Assembly: GCA_963762385.1 (NCBI GenBank)
Contig: CAVXKN010000005.1
Span: 62,245 to 126,244, forward strand
Direction: 5' to 3'
Source of the DNA: an uncultured Acidobacteriota bacterium
Lineage (GTDB): Bacteria; Acidobacteriota; Terriglobia; Terriglobales; Acidobacteriaceae
Length of the DNA: 64,000 bases
How positions within the stretch are numbered: position 1 is the stretch's first letter; every line of letters starts with the position of its first letter. The notes beneath the pieces are model-generated. The model saw only the letters and a list, made by a program, of their open reading frames with translations, was not told where the DNA came from and made no database searches. The position numbers and the translations under genes were made by a program. Shown one piece after another: positions 1 through 9,124 of this stretch.

Positions 1-1327
1 AGCGGGTAGAGATTTTGTGCTTGGCCAGCAAGCGATGAAATGTACGCCGGGGTATTTTTGCTAACTTCGCAGCCTTGGAGATGTTTCCGTCCGCCTTCAG
101 CAAATAGCTGGATAACGCTTCTCGTTCAAACTGCGCGATCGCGTGGGCCTTGCTCGGCATGAATCCGATCTGAGGCTTGAACGACACAACCTCTTGCACG
201 TGGAGCGGAAGGTGCTCGGCTTCCACTACCGAGGATGAAGTCAACACCACGGCCCGTTCAATAATGTTTTCCAGCTCGCGAAGATTGCCCGGCCAAGAAT
301 AGTTCTTCAGCAATGCCAGCGCCTGGGGAGCGATGCTCTCTACTTTCTTGTTCACCTTAGCTCTCGCCCTTAGCAGGAAATATTCCGCGAGGAATGGAAT
401 ATCTTCAATCCGCTCCCGCAATGGCGGTAGCGTAATGGAAAAAGTATTGATCCGGTAGAACAGATCTTCGCGGAAAGTGCCTTCGCGAATGGCGGTCTCC
501 AGATTCCGGTTGGTGGCGGCAACAATTCTTACGGAAACCTTTCGCGTCCGCATGTCGCCGACAGCGCGAATCTCTCCGGTTTGCAGCGTGCGCAAGAATT
601 TGGCCTGGATCTCCAGAGACATGTCGCCAATTTCATCGAGAAACATGGTGCCGCCCTCGGCCTTTTCGAACAATCCTTTGCTGTCGTTATAGGCGCCCGT
701 AAATGCGCCGCGCTTGTAGCCGAAGAGTTCGCTTTCGAGCAATGCCGGAGACAGCGCAGTGCAGTTCAGCGTGACCAGCGGATGGTTGCTGCGCGCACTG
801 TTGTGGTGGATGGCTCGCGCCACCAACTCTTTTCCAGTTCCGCTCTCGCCGCGAATCAAAACGGTCGTAGGTGTAGGCGCAACTTTGGAAATCAATCCCG
901 AGATTTCCTTCATCTTCAGATTGCTGCCGATGATGAATTCGCCTTCCGACCGCGCTTCCAGTTCGCGCATGGCCAACTGGTATTGATCCTGGAGCGCGCC
1001 CCCGCGATTTTTGCTCGCGGCGAAATCCGAGATAAAGCGAGCCGTCTTGCCACCCACAACCTCTGTTCCTTGAGGTCGCAAGCGGTAAACTTCCCGGCCA
1101 ACGTCAGGATCGCCGGTCACATCGATGATGAGGTCGGCGGCATCGGCTTTCAGGAATTTCCGGTAGTTGGCGGCGACTGGCAAGCCAAGTTCCCGCGCGA
1201 GAACGATGCCGGGCGCTCCTTCATCCTTGTCAGCGACGCCGACAATTTCGATACTCGGATCCTGGCGAAGAAGCTCCACCAGCGCCCGTCCACCTCGCCC
1301 AGCTCCGATGAGAATAATTCGCGTCAT
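1..1327 (-). CDS. sigma-54-dependent transcriptional activator (bEBP); 3' end runs off the window; N-terminal Rossmann-like domain instead of a receiver
   Basis: Hand translation of the minus strand from ATG at 1327: MTRIILIGAGRGGRALVELL... It has Walker A GESGTGKE, ESELFGY, the GAFTGA loop (KRGAFTGAY) and a C-terminal Fis-type HTH (ISKAAKLAKIPRRTFHRLLAK). It is absent from the ORF track because no stop lies inside the window. Confidence 0.85.
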   Translation of the reverse strand, partial: MTRIILIGAGRGGRALVELLRQDPSIEIVGVADKDEGAPGIVLARELGLPVAANYRKFLKADAADLIIDVTGDPDVGREVYRLRPQGTEVVGGKTARFISDFAASKNRGGALQDQYQLAMRELEARSEGEFIIGSNLKMKEISGLISKVAPTPTTVLIRGESGTGKELVARAIHHNSARSNHPLVTLNCTALSPALLESELFGYKRGAFTGAYNDSKGLFEKAEGGTMFLDEIGDMSLEIQAKFLRTLQTGEIRAVGDMRTRKVSVRIVAATNRNLETAIREGTFREDLFYRINTFSITLPPLRERIEDIPFLAEYFLLRARAKVNKKVESIAPQALALLKNYSWPGNLRELENIIERAVVLTSSSVVEAEHLPLHVQEVVSFKPQIGFMPSKAHAIAQFEREALSSYLLKADGNISKAAKLAKIPRRTFHRLLAKHKISTR

Positions 1328-1398
1328 AATATCTGCCGAAACCCGAAAGCCCGAGACAGGCGCGTATTCTACAGCATCGCTGCCGGTTCAGCCTGCTG

Positions 1399-2061
1399 CT
1401 ATGTCGGACCGTCGGGAGCATCCGCTTCGTCAGCCTCCGAATGCGCGGCGAGGTCGGACTCCAGCGGCGAATTGAGCTTCAAGAGGGAGACTTTGCCATC
1501 GTGCAGACGAATCTCGCTCAGCGCACCGTTGGCAATTAGAGGAAACGCGGTGCGGTACTTGGAAAGCGGCACACCCAGCAACTGACAAAGCGCAAGCCGG
1601 ATCACGGTGTTGTGGGTTACGACGAGAACGCGGCCGCGCGGGTGCGTTGTCTGAATGTCTTTGAGACACGCGATCGCTCGCTGCACGACATCGTGCGGGT
1701 CCTCGCCGTCAGGCAGGGGATGGGAGACGGGATCGGCCTGAAATGCCGCGAAGGCACCCGGAAAAGAATGCTGAATTTCAGAATTGGTCAGCCCTTCGGC
1801 TTTACCAAAGTGAATCTCCCTGAGTCGCTCATCAACGCGAGTCGCGATGCCGGTGGCACGTTCCGAAGGCGCTGCCGTCTCTCGGGTTCGCAACAACGGC
1901 GAAACCCAGATTGCGGCAAGATCCGCGATCGCTGCCCAGTTTGCCAGCCGCTCGGCTTGCTCGAGACCACGCTGGCTCAGCGGAATGTCGGTGCTGCCGG
2001 CGTAACGGTTCTCCGCGTGCCAGATGGTTTCGCCGTGGCGAACCAGCGCGAGGTCAGTCAC
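1399..2061 (-). CDS. histidine phosphatase family protein (phosphoglycerate mutase-like)
   Basis: N-terminal LVRHGET (RHG catalytic motif), RTRETA, and VVTHNTVIR near the C-terminus. The 220-aa ORF has a coherent frame. Confidence 0.85.
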   Translation of the reverse strand: MTDLALVRHGETIWHAENRYAGSTDIPLSQRGLEQAERLANWAAIADLAAIWVSPLLRTRETAAPSERATGIATRVDERLREIHFGKAEGLTNSEIQHSFPGAFAAFQADPVSHPLPDGEDPHDVVQRAIACLKDIQTTHPRGRVLVVTHNTVIRLALCQLLGVPLSKYRTAFPLIANGALSEIRLHDGKVSLLKLNSPLESDLAAHSEADEADAPDGPT

Positions 2062-2254
2062 TCTACCGTGCCCTCCTTCTTGCGTGTTGCGCTAAAGCAG
2101 ATGGCAACCAGCCGCGGCGTTCCAATGCTTCCACCAATCGCAGATACGCTCGTGAAAGCGAGCGACCCGCTTTGGTTGTCGCGAGCGATCCGAATCTCGG
2201 TTTCTGCAAGAAACGTAATCGATACTAACGCAACCGCGCTATATCATAAGACCA

Positions 2255-2767
2255 ATGTCGAAGCCTCGTCGCAATACGGTTTCTTCCAACTTGGACGCTA
2301 CTTTCTTCGGTGGTAGGCCGCGCAAGGCTGTTCCGCATGAGTTCGTGCTCGATGCGATTGCTCCGCTGTCACCTGTAACGCGGCCCATGTTCGGCTGTCT
2401 CGCCGTCTATGTTGAGGACAAGATCATCCTCATCCTCCGTGACAAGCGCGACAATAGCGCAGACAACGGAGTCTGGCTTGCCACCACCGAGGAGCACCAT
2501 GAAAGTCTCCGCCGCGACTTCCCGAACATGCGATCCATTCAGATATTGGGGAAAAAAGTAACAGGCTGGCAAGTCCTTCCGGCGGATGCATCAGATTTCG
2601 AGGAGGCAGCGCTGCTGGCTTGTGACCTGGTCATTGCTCGGGATCCTCGAATTGGCAAAGTGCCGCGCACGCGGCGAGCCTCGGTATCGGGAGCCCAGAA
2701 AGCGCAGAAATCCTTAAAGCGAACAAAAGCACCCGAGAAAGCAACGAGAGGTCGCGCGAAGTCATAG
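2255..2767 (+). CDS. hypothetical protein, TfoX_N-like core with a basic C-terminal tail
   Basis: RPMFGCLAVYVEDKIILILRDK resembles the TfoX N-terminal domain pattern. Assignment is from memory of the family only. Confidence 0.45.
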   Translation: MSKPRRNTVSSNLDATFFGGRPRKAVPHEFVLDAIAPLSPVTRPMFGCLAVYVEDKIILILRDKRDNSADNGVWLATTEEHHESLRRDFPNMRSIQILGKKVTGWQVLPADASDFEEAALLACDLVIARDPRIGKVPRTRRASVSGAQKAQKSLKRTKAPEKATRGRAKS

Positions 2768-2805
2768 CGTTTTCGGATCTGATTGTCACCGCTGTTTCCG
2801 GCCCG

Positions 2806-4539
2806 ATGTTATTCTTGAAACGCTACGCTTCCACAAGGTTGTCGAACATGTCTGATCCAAATATCCCAGCGCCTCCCGCCACTGACGAGCAGAACGACTC
2901 TTTCGGGAACATTCTTTCGCAATTCGAGCGCAGCCACACGGTTCAGCGGACCGAAGGCACACGTGAAGGCACCGTTGTTTCCGTGTCGGCGGATTCCGTA
3001 TTTATCGACATTGGCTTCAAGTCGGAAGGCGTTTTGCCGCTTTCGGAGTTGCAGAATAACGATAAAGTCGTGAAGCCCGGCGACAGGCTGCAAGTCACCA
3101 TCAAAGGCCGCGCTCCCGAGGGCTACTTCGAACTGACTCTCAGCAAAGCTGCCCGCCCTGCGGACTGGTCGGCGCTGGCGAGAGCCTTTGCCAACAAGAC
3201 AACGATTGTCGGTACCGTGACTGCCGTGGTGAAAGGTGGCCTGAGCGTAGATGTGGGGGTGCGTGCCTTCATGCCGGCATCCCGTAGTGGCGCGCGTGAT
3301 GCGGCTGAGATGGAGAAGTTGATCGAGCAGGAAATTCGCTGTCGCATTATCAAGCTCGACGCCGCTGACGAAGACGTCGTGGTGGATCGCCGCGTCGTCG
3401 CCGAACAGGAAGAGCAGTCAGCTAAGGATCGCCGCTACTCCGAAGTCAAGGAAGGCGACACCGTGAGCGGTACGGTGCGAAGCCTGACCGACTACGGAGC
3501 GTTCGTCGATATTGGCGGCGTGGATGCCTTGTTGCATGTGAGCGATATTTCCTGGAGCCGCATCAATAAGCCCGCGGACGTGCTCGCGGTGGAACAGCCG
3601 ATCGAAGTCAAAGTTCTGAAAATCGATCCTGAGAAGCATCGCGTTTCGGTGGGGATGAAGCAACTGCAGCCGCATCCGTGGGACGCGGTAGCGGACAAGT
3701 ATAAAACAGGAGAGCGCGTGCGCGGCACCGTGACTCGCGTGATGGACTTCGGCGCGTTCGTGGAACTCGAACCCGGAGTCGAGGGGTTGATTCACGTCTC
3801 CGAGATGTCGTGGGTCAAGAAAGTAAAGAAGCCGAGCGATCTGGTGAAGCCCGGTGAGACAGTTGAAGCGGTGATCCTTGGCGTGAATGCGAGTGAGCGG
3901 CGCATGTCCTTGGGATTGAAGCAGGCGCTGGGAAATCCTTGGGCCGACGTGGCGCAGAAGTTTCCGGTTGGGTCTGTGGCGGAAGGCCCTGTGGTGAGCA
4001 TCACGAAGTTCGGCGCTTTTGTCGAGCTTGCTGAAGGCATCGAGGGCATGATTCACGTCAGCGACCTGAGCGCGGAGAAACGTATCAATCATCCGCAGGA
4101 CGTGTTGAAGATAGGGCAAATGGTGAAGGCGCAAGTGCTCGAGGTCGATACTGAGAAGCGGAGACTGAAACTCGGGATCAAACAACTCGTTCCGACCAGC
4201 ATCGATGAATACCTCGCGGAGCACCATGAAGGCGATGTAGTGAGCGGACGCATCGTGGAAGTTTCCGGCGCCTCGGCGCGGGTGGAATTGGGTGAAGGAA
4301 TCCAGGCAGCGTGCCGGATCTTGGCGGAAAAAGTGAAACAGGAATCCTCCGGCGCGAATCAGTCGGCTGGCACAAAAGCGGACCTGGCATCGCTGAGCTC
4401 GATGTTGCAGGCGCGCTGGAAGGGTGGCGCGGTTGCGAAATCCGCGGAGCCGCAAGAACTCCAGGCAGGGCAGGTTCACAGTTTTCGAATCACGAAACTA
4501 GATCCAGCAGCGAAGAAGATCGACGTCGAGCTAGCATAG
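2806..4539 (+). CDS. rpsA: 30S ribosomal protein S1
   Basis: Six S1-type OB repeats are visible (GTVVSV..FIDIG, GTVTAVVKGGLSVDVG, GTVRSLTDYGAFVDIGG, GTVTRVMDFGAFVELE, GPVVSITKFGAFVELAEG, GRIVEVSGASARVELG). An alternative start lies at 2848 (MSDPNIP). Confidence 0.93.
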   Translation: MLFLKRYASTRLSNMSDPNIPAPPATDEQNDSFGNILSQFERSHTVQRTEGTREGTVVSVSADSVFIDIGFKSEGVLPLSELQNNDKVVKPGDRLQVTIKGRAPEGYFELTLSKAARPADWSALARAFANKTTIVGTVTAVVKGGLSVDVGVRAFMPASRSGARDAAEMEKLIEQEIRCRIIKLDAADEDVVVDRRVVAEQEEQSAKDRRYSEVKEGDTVSGTVRSLTDYGAFVDIGGVDALLHVSDISWSRINKPADVLAVEQPIEVKVLKIDPEKHRVSVGMKQLQPHPWDAVADKYKTGERVRGTVTRVMDFGAFVELEPGVEGLIHVSEMSWVKKVKKPSDLVKPGETVEAVILGVNASERRMSLGLKQALGNPWADVAQKFPVGSVAEGPVVSITKFGAFVELAEGIEGMIHVSDLSAEKRINHPQDVLKIGQMVKAQVLEVDTEKRRLKLGIKQLVPTSIDEYLAEHHEGDVVSGRIVEVSGASARVELGEGIQAACRILAEKVKQESSGANQSAGTKADLASLSSMLQARWKGGAVAKSAEPQELQAGQVHSFRITKLDPAAKKIDVELA

Positions 4540-4571
4540 AACCAACCCGCGTTGGCAGTGATCCGCTCCGC

Positions 4572-6056
4572 TTAGTCAACGGCTAACAAATCTCCCGCCT
4601 GCCTTGCGCCCCTCTTGCCAAGCCAATACAACACCACGCCAACGACCAGCACCAATCCCGTGAGTCCGACGATCTTCGCGACCGCCAGGATTTTGTTCGG
4701 TTCATCCGCTGCCGGAATCAGAGACAAGGCGATCGTGAACAGCGTAGTGCAGAACCCCAACGCAGCCATCATCAAGGCAACCGGCTTGCCGCCAGGAACA
4801 CGAATGACGCCCGGCCCAGCCGGCTCCCCCTGCAACTTGAACATCGCCGCAAATAGATAAAGGAACGGAATGAAATAGGTGATGACGCTCATGCTCACTA
4901 GTACGTCATAGGCGCCTTTCACGCTGGTGCCCGCTTGCCCCAGCAAGGTGAAAACGACGCCCAGCGCGGCTTGAGTCGAAAGCGCAAACCAGGGCGTTCG
5001 CCAGCGAGAATGAAGCGCACCGAAAATTGGCGGAAGAGCACGATCCAGTCCAGCGACAAAGGGCAGTCGTGCCACAGCCGCAAGGAATGCGCCTGCCGCT
5101 CCCAGATTGCTCAACGCAATCAGGAAAGCTGCAAAGGGACTGATGCCGTCAAAGCCAATACGATGCGCAGTGCCCGATATCGCTTGCATGAGCCCTTGCA
5201 GATTGTTGACTTCCGATTGAGGCAACGCAAGCAGCACTGCGACAGTTCCCACGATGTAACAGAACGCGACCGTCAGCCCGGCGGTAAAGAGCGCAAGAGG
5301 GATGGAGCGCCGAGGTTTCTTGATTTCCTCTCCCATGAAAGAAGCGGTTTCGCAGCCGGCGAATGCAAAGATCAGGACCGACCAGAACAGAACGTCTTTA
5401 AGCTTGAAGCTGGGAACCAGAGCAGCAGGAGCGAACGAAGTTGCCGGACCGAATCGATGCCACGCAATCAATCCCATGCCAACGATAATCAAGACCGGTA
5501 TCCACATGGCGAGCGCGCCCAGGTTGTGCAGCCACGTGCCCACCTCCAAGCCAACGATGTTCAGACCCGCCACAATCACAAGCGAGGCGATAGAAAACCA
5601 AATGTAGTAGCTGGCGTCGGATGAGAGATGCATCCATGCGCGCGGTCGCATAAACAGCGCATTGCTGGCGGCAAAGTACAAAACTGCGGGGAAATAAGGC
5701 AGGTTGCAAGTCCAGTATGTCCATGCCGACATAAATCCGGCAAAGTCACCGAACGCGCGCTTGCTCCAGACGTACAGGCCGCCCTCGTTGGGATAGCGCG
5801 AGGAGAGTTCTATCACCGAGAGTGCGAGAGGCGTATAAAAAATAAGCCAGGCGCCGATCCAGATGACGATCGAGCTCGGGCCGGCTGCAGCGGCAGTGGC
5901 GATCCAGCGCAGACTAACGCCAGTGACCACGTAGAACAACACCAGGTCGCGGAAGCCGAGCACGCGACGAGGGCGGCGGGAATCGGCGGCAGGCGAAATG
6001 CCCGGCGTGGCGAGCGCGATCTCTGGTGGTTCGCCCGAGGGCGGTTGATTGTCCAC
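4572..6056 (-). CDS. APC-family amino acid/polyamine/organocation permease
   Basis: 494 aa with about 12 hydrophobic segments. The N-terminal pattern LGFRDLVLFYVVTGVSLRWI...GPSSIVIWI is typical of APC permeases. Confidence 0.8.
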   Translation of the reverse strand: MDNQPPSGEPPEIALATPGISPAADSRRPRRVLGFRDLVLFYVVTGVSLRWIATAAAAGPSSIVIWIGAWLIFYTPLALSVIELSSRYPNEGGLYVWSKRAFGDFAGFMSAWTYWTCNLPYFPAVLYFAASNALFMRPRAWMHLSSDASYYIWFSIASLVIVAGLNIVGLEVGTWLHNLGALAMWIPVLIIVGMGLIAWHRFGPATSFAPAALVPSFKLKDVLFWSVLIFAFAGCETASFMGEEIKKPRRSIPLALFTAGLTVAFCYIVGTVAVLLALPQSEVNNLQGLMQAISGTAHRIGFDGISPFAAFLIALSNLGAAGAFLAAVARLPFVAGLDRALPPIFGALHSRWRTPWFALSTQAALGVVFTLLGQAGTSVKGAYDVLVSMSVITYFIPFLYLFAAMFKLQGEPAGPGVIRVPGGKPVALMMAALGFCTTLFTIALSLIPAADEPNKILAVAKIVGLTGLVLVVGVVLYWLGKRGARQAGDLLAVD

Positions 6057-6081
6057 TCTAATAATTCCCGGCTCGGTCTGT

Positions 6082-7083
6082 TTATCTTTTTTCGCTTCCG
6101 GCTACTTGATCGTGCCCGTAATACTCATACGCCGACATCGGTTTCTCACCGCCTTTTTTCCACAAACGTGAATCTTCGGAAGCCTTACCCAGCGCTCGAG
6201 CCATCTCGCGTATATGGATGGCGACGGCGCCGCAGCACGCGCCAATGTAATTGACTCCGATCTCTCGCGCCCGCAGAGCGTAATCGGCCATTTCCTTGCG
6301 CGTCAGTTGTAACGGATCGAGCCCGTAGGGGAACTCCGCCAGGCTGGTGAAGTCCGGTTTCGACTGCGGCGTGCGATAAGCGACCGGCTGGCACGCAATG
6401 TAACCCGGCACGGCTTTCCGCATTCGCTCCATCGACGGCAACATATGCTCAGGCGGCCGCAAACAGTTCATGCCCACAATATCTGCCCCCGCGTCAAACA
6501 GCGCTTTGGCCGCTTCGGCCGCAGTTTTCCCATCGGCTGTCTCGTCTTTGTTTTCGAAACAGATGGTGACCATCGTTGGCAGTCCGGTTTTCTTGCCTTG
6601 CTCGACCGCGATCAATGCTTCGCCGAGCCAGGAAAAAGTTTCTCCGATAATGAAATCGATTCCTTCATCCACTTGCATCCCGAGTTGCTCGTCGAATGTT
6701 CTGCGAACCCGGTCTGCCGCCGATGGGCTGTTCGGTTCATACATCCACGTCAGGCATAGATTCCCCGCGACCAAACATTTGTCGCCGGCAACATCTTTTG
6801 CGATGCGCACAGCCGCGCGATTCAAGTCTTCCAACCGGTCTTCCAGACCAACCGTTGCCATTTTGTCGCGGCTGGCATAGAACGTGAGCGCCTGCAAGAC
6901 TTCGGCTCCGGCTTCGCGGAACTCGATGTGCAGCTCGCGGAGCGCGTCCGGATGAGTCAACGCCACTTCGGGCGTGAACGGACCCGCGCGCACCCATCCG
7001 CGTTTTTCCAGTTCCAGCAAATAACCGCCATCGCCTAGGACGGGTCCTTCTTTCAAACGCTCCAATATGCCTTTTTTCTTCAT
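6082..7083 (-). CDS. homocysteine S-methyltransferase family protein (betaine-homocysteine methyltransferase-like)
   Basis: GPVLGDGGY...LELEKRG near the N-terminus, GMNC and GACCG zinc-ligand Cys motifs, 333 aa. Its start overlaps the stop of the upstream gene (ATGA at 7080-7083). Confidence 0.78.
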   Translation of the reverse strand: MKKKGILERLKEGPVLGDGGYLLELEKRGWVRAGPFTPEVALTHPDALRELHIEFREAGAEVLQALTFYASRDKMATVGLEDRLEDLNRAAVRIAKDVAGDKCLVAGNLCLTWMYEPNSPSAADRVRRTFDEQLGMQVDEGIDFIIGETFSWLGEALIAVEQGKKTGLPTMVTICFENKDETADGKTAAEAAKALFDAGADIVGMNCLRPPEHMLPSMERMRKAVPGYIACQPVAYRTPQSKPDFTSLAEFPYGLDPLQLTRKEMADYALRAREIGVNYIGACCGAVAIHIREMARALGKASEDSRLWKKGGEKPMSAYEYYGHDQVAGSEKR

Positions 7084-8735
7084 GCCCGCTCCTTAGTCAT
7101 CTTTATTCTCGTGCTTGAGATTGATGCGGACCGCGTCTTCGCATCCCGCAAAACTTGATGAGCGGCGTTATGTCCAGGAGCGCCGGTGACTCCGCCGCCG
7201 GGATGCGCTCCCGCCCCGCACAGATACAGTCCAGCGACGGGTGTTCGGTATCGCGACCAACCGGGCACGGGGCGCATGAAGAATAACTGTTCTAGCGTCA
7301 GGTCGCCGTGAAAAATGTTTCCTTCCGTCAGACCATAGGTTCGTTCCAGGTCCAGGGGCGTCAGGATGTGCTGCGCCAGAATTGCGTTCGGCACATTGGG
7401 AGCGTACTCGCTGATTTTCTTGACCACGCGATTCGCCAGCAGATCGCGATTTTCATCCCACAAACCGTTTCTCAGGCGATAGGGAACGTACTGCACGAAG
7501 CACGTCAGGATGTGCTTGCCCGCTGGAGCAAGCGAATCGTCTGCATTCGAAGAAACCACGCAATCCACCCAGAGTTCCTCCGGAATCTCTCCCGACCTGG
7601 CAATGTTATAGCAACGCTCCGCGAATTCGAGCGAGGGAACTAGCGTGTAAAACGTGCGTTCCAGCGGAGTGGCGTTTGCAGGGGTTCCCGTGAACCGCGG
7701 TTCTTCCGCAAGAACCAGATTCAACTTTGCGCAGGGACCGTCCATCTTGATGCCTCGCACCGCGTGCACAAAATCTTCAGGAAGTTCACTCGATGGCACC
7801 ATTTTCAGGAAGGTGCGCTTGGGGTCGGCATTCGAAAGAACGAACCTCGAACGAATCTCAGTTCCATCTTCAAGCACAACGCCGCGAACCCGGCCGTTAC
7901 GCACATCAATCTGCGCGACCGGGGCGGCCGTGTGAATGTCCACGCCCAATTTGCGTCCCGCTGCGGCAAGCGCTTGCGTGATCGCGCCCATTCCGCCCAT
8001 CACGTGCCCGTAGAATCCCTGCAGTTCGTGCTCTCCGCCGCTCAACAGATGGAACAAAAGGCCGATCGCGGTACCAGGTTGGTAAGGGCCTCCGTGCTTG
8101 CCATAAACGTTATTAGCGAGAAACAGGGTCTTGATCTTGTCGGACTCGTAGTTGCGATCAAGAAATTCTCCCAGGCTGCCGGTGAGAAACGAAATGAGCT
8201 GCGAAATTTCAGCAGCGGAAATCGAGCGGAATCGTTTGACCACTCGAAACAGATCGGACCAGCCTTGCACGCTGCCAGTATCGAACTCCGGCGGGGGCTC
8301 CAGGAAAAATGGCTGCAAGTAGCGAGCTAACTTTTTGAGCTGATCGTCCACCCGCAGAAATGTCTCCGCATCTTTAGAAGAGAATCTGCGAAAGCCGGCG
8401 GCGGCGCGATCGCGATCAGCCCACCAAGGAACTACTGTCTGATCAGGAAAAGCGACCTGGATGGCTGGATCGCACGGCACCATGCGAAGTCCGTGTTCGC
8501 GCAGATTGAGATCGCTGATCACCTCCGGCCGCAACATGCTTGCGACGTAGGAAGTCGTGGAGACCCGGCAGCCCGGGGCAATTTCCTCAGTCACGCAACA
8601 ACCGCCTACAATCTCACGTCGTTCGAGAACGAGGATCGACATCCCGGAGCGCGCCAGATAGGCTGCGGCGGTCAGACCGTTGTGTCCTCCACCTACAACA
8701 ATCGCGTCGTAAATCGATAGGAAACGGCGTGCCAC
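7080..8735 (-). CDS. FAD/NAD(P)-dependent oxidoreductase, phytoene-desaturase (CrtI/COG1233) family
   Basis: YDAIVVGGGHNGLTAAAYLARSGMSILVLERREIVGG dinucleotide-binding fold, C-terminal GLYLCGAGAHPGGGVTG, 551 aa. Confidence 0.85.
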   Translation of the reverse strand: MARRFLSIYDAIVVGGGHNGLTAAAYLARSGMSILVLERREIVGGCCVTEEIAPGCRVSTTSYVASMLRPEVISDLNLREHGLRMVPCDPAIQVAFPDQTVVPWWADRDRAAAGFRRFSSKDAETFLRVDDQLKKLARYLQPFFLEPPPEFDTGSVQGWSDLFRVVKRFRSISAAEISQLISFLTGSLGEFLDRNYESDKIKTLFLANNVYGKHGGPYQPGTAIGLLFHLLSGGEHELQGFYGHVMGGMGAITQALAAAGRKLGVDIHTAAPVAQIDVRNGRVRGVVLEDGTEIRSRFVLSNADPKRTFLKMVPSSELPEDFVHAVRGIKMDGPCAKLNLVLAEEPRFTGTPANATPLERTFYTLVPSLEFAERCYNIARSGEIPEELWVDCVVSSNADDSLAPAGKHILTCFVQYVPYRLRNGLWDENRDLLANRVVKKISEYAPNVPNAILAQHILTPLDLERTYGLTEGNIFHGDLTLEQLFFMRPVPGWSRYRTPVAGLYLCGAGAHPGGGVTGAPGHNAAHQVLRDAKTRSASISSTRIKMTKERA

Positions 8736-9020
8736 TCTTGTGTTATCTCGCGGTCACACTTGGTCGTCGGGCAGTCCACCTTACCGCAGAATCTTCATTA
8801 TTTGAAATGAAATTAAGGCTGTAACCGCAGATGTTGCGAATTGACTTGGAGTCATGAAATGTTTGTGGTCGGGGAGCAGTCACCGAATAGCATTAGCCTC
8901 AGCGGGTGATTCTTGCCCTCTGAGCGCACGCAAAATCCACATCAAAGCCGATCGAAAATGTTTCACCAGAGGTCCCGCAGCTAAATGCGTTTAAATCCCG
9001 ACTAATCATCGCCTTATGCA

Positions 9021-9093
9021 CATGTTGCAGAGCTTTGCAACCGGTTGCAAGAATTCTCAGTCTTGACAAAGCTGCCGCGAGGTCTAAACTCGC
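9021..9093 (+). promoter_or_regulatory. promoter/operator module with three TTGCA pentamers 10 bp apart (16-bp palindrome TTGCAACCGGTTGCAA at 9035-9050), then -35 TTGACA (9063-9068) and -10 TAAACT (9085-9090)
   Basis: Read directly. The -35/-10 spacer is 16 bp. A near-identical module precedes the paralogous gene at 26451-26978. Confidence 0.55.
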
Positions 9094-9124
9094 CAGAGTA
9101 TTCGATTAAGGCTGGAGAAGTGTC

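Noticed and set aside
581-1585. Long ORFs antisense to confidently called genes, e.g. 581-1585(+), 3418-4479(-), 10750-11577(-), 19345-20145(+), 37911-38690(+), 41777-42922(-), 47679-48347(-) and 53704-54096(-).
   Set aside because: Their translations are Arg/Ala/Pro-rich, low-complexity and motif-free, while the opposite strand carries clear family signatures. They are typical shadow ORFs of a high-GC genome.
9021-9050. Reading the TTGCA repeats as sigma-54 -12 elements.
   Set aside because: No TGGCAC-type -24 element lies at the required distance. A good sigma-70-like -35/-10 pair sits immediately downstream in both copies.
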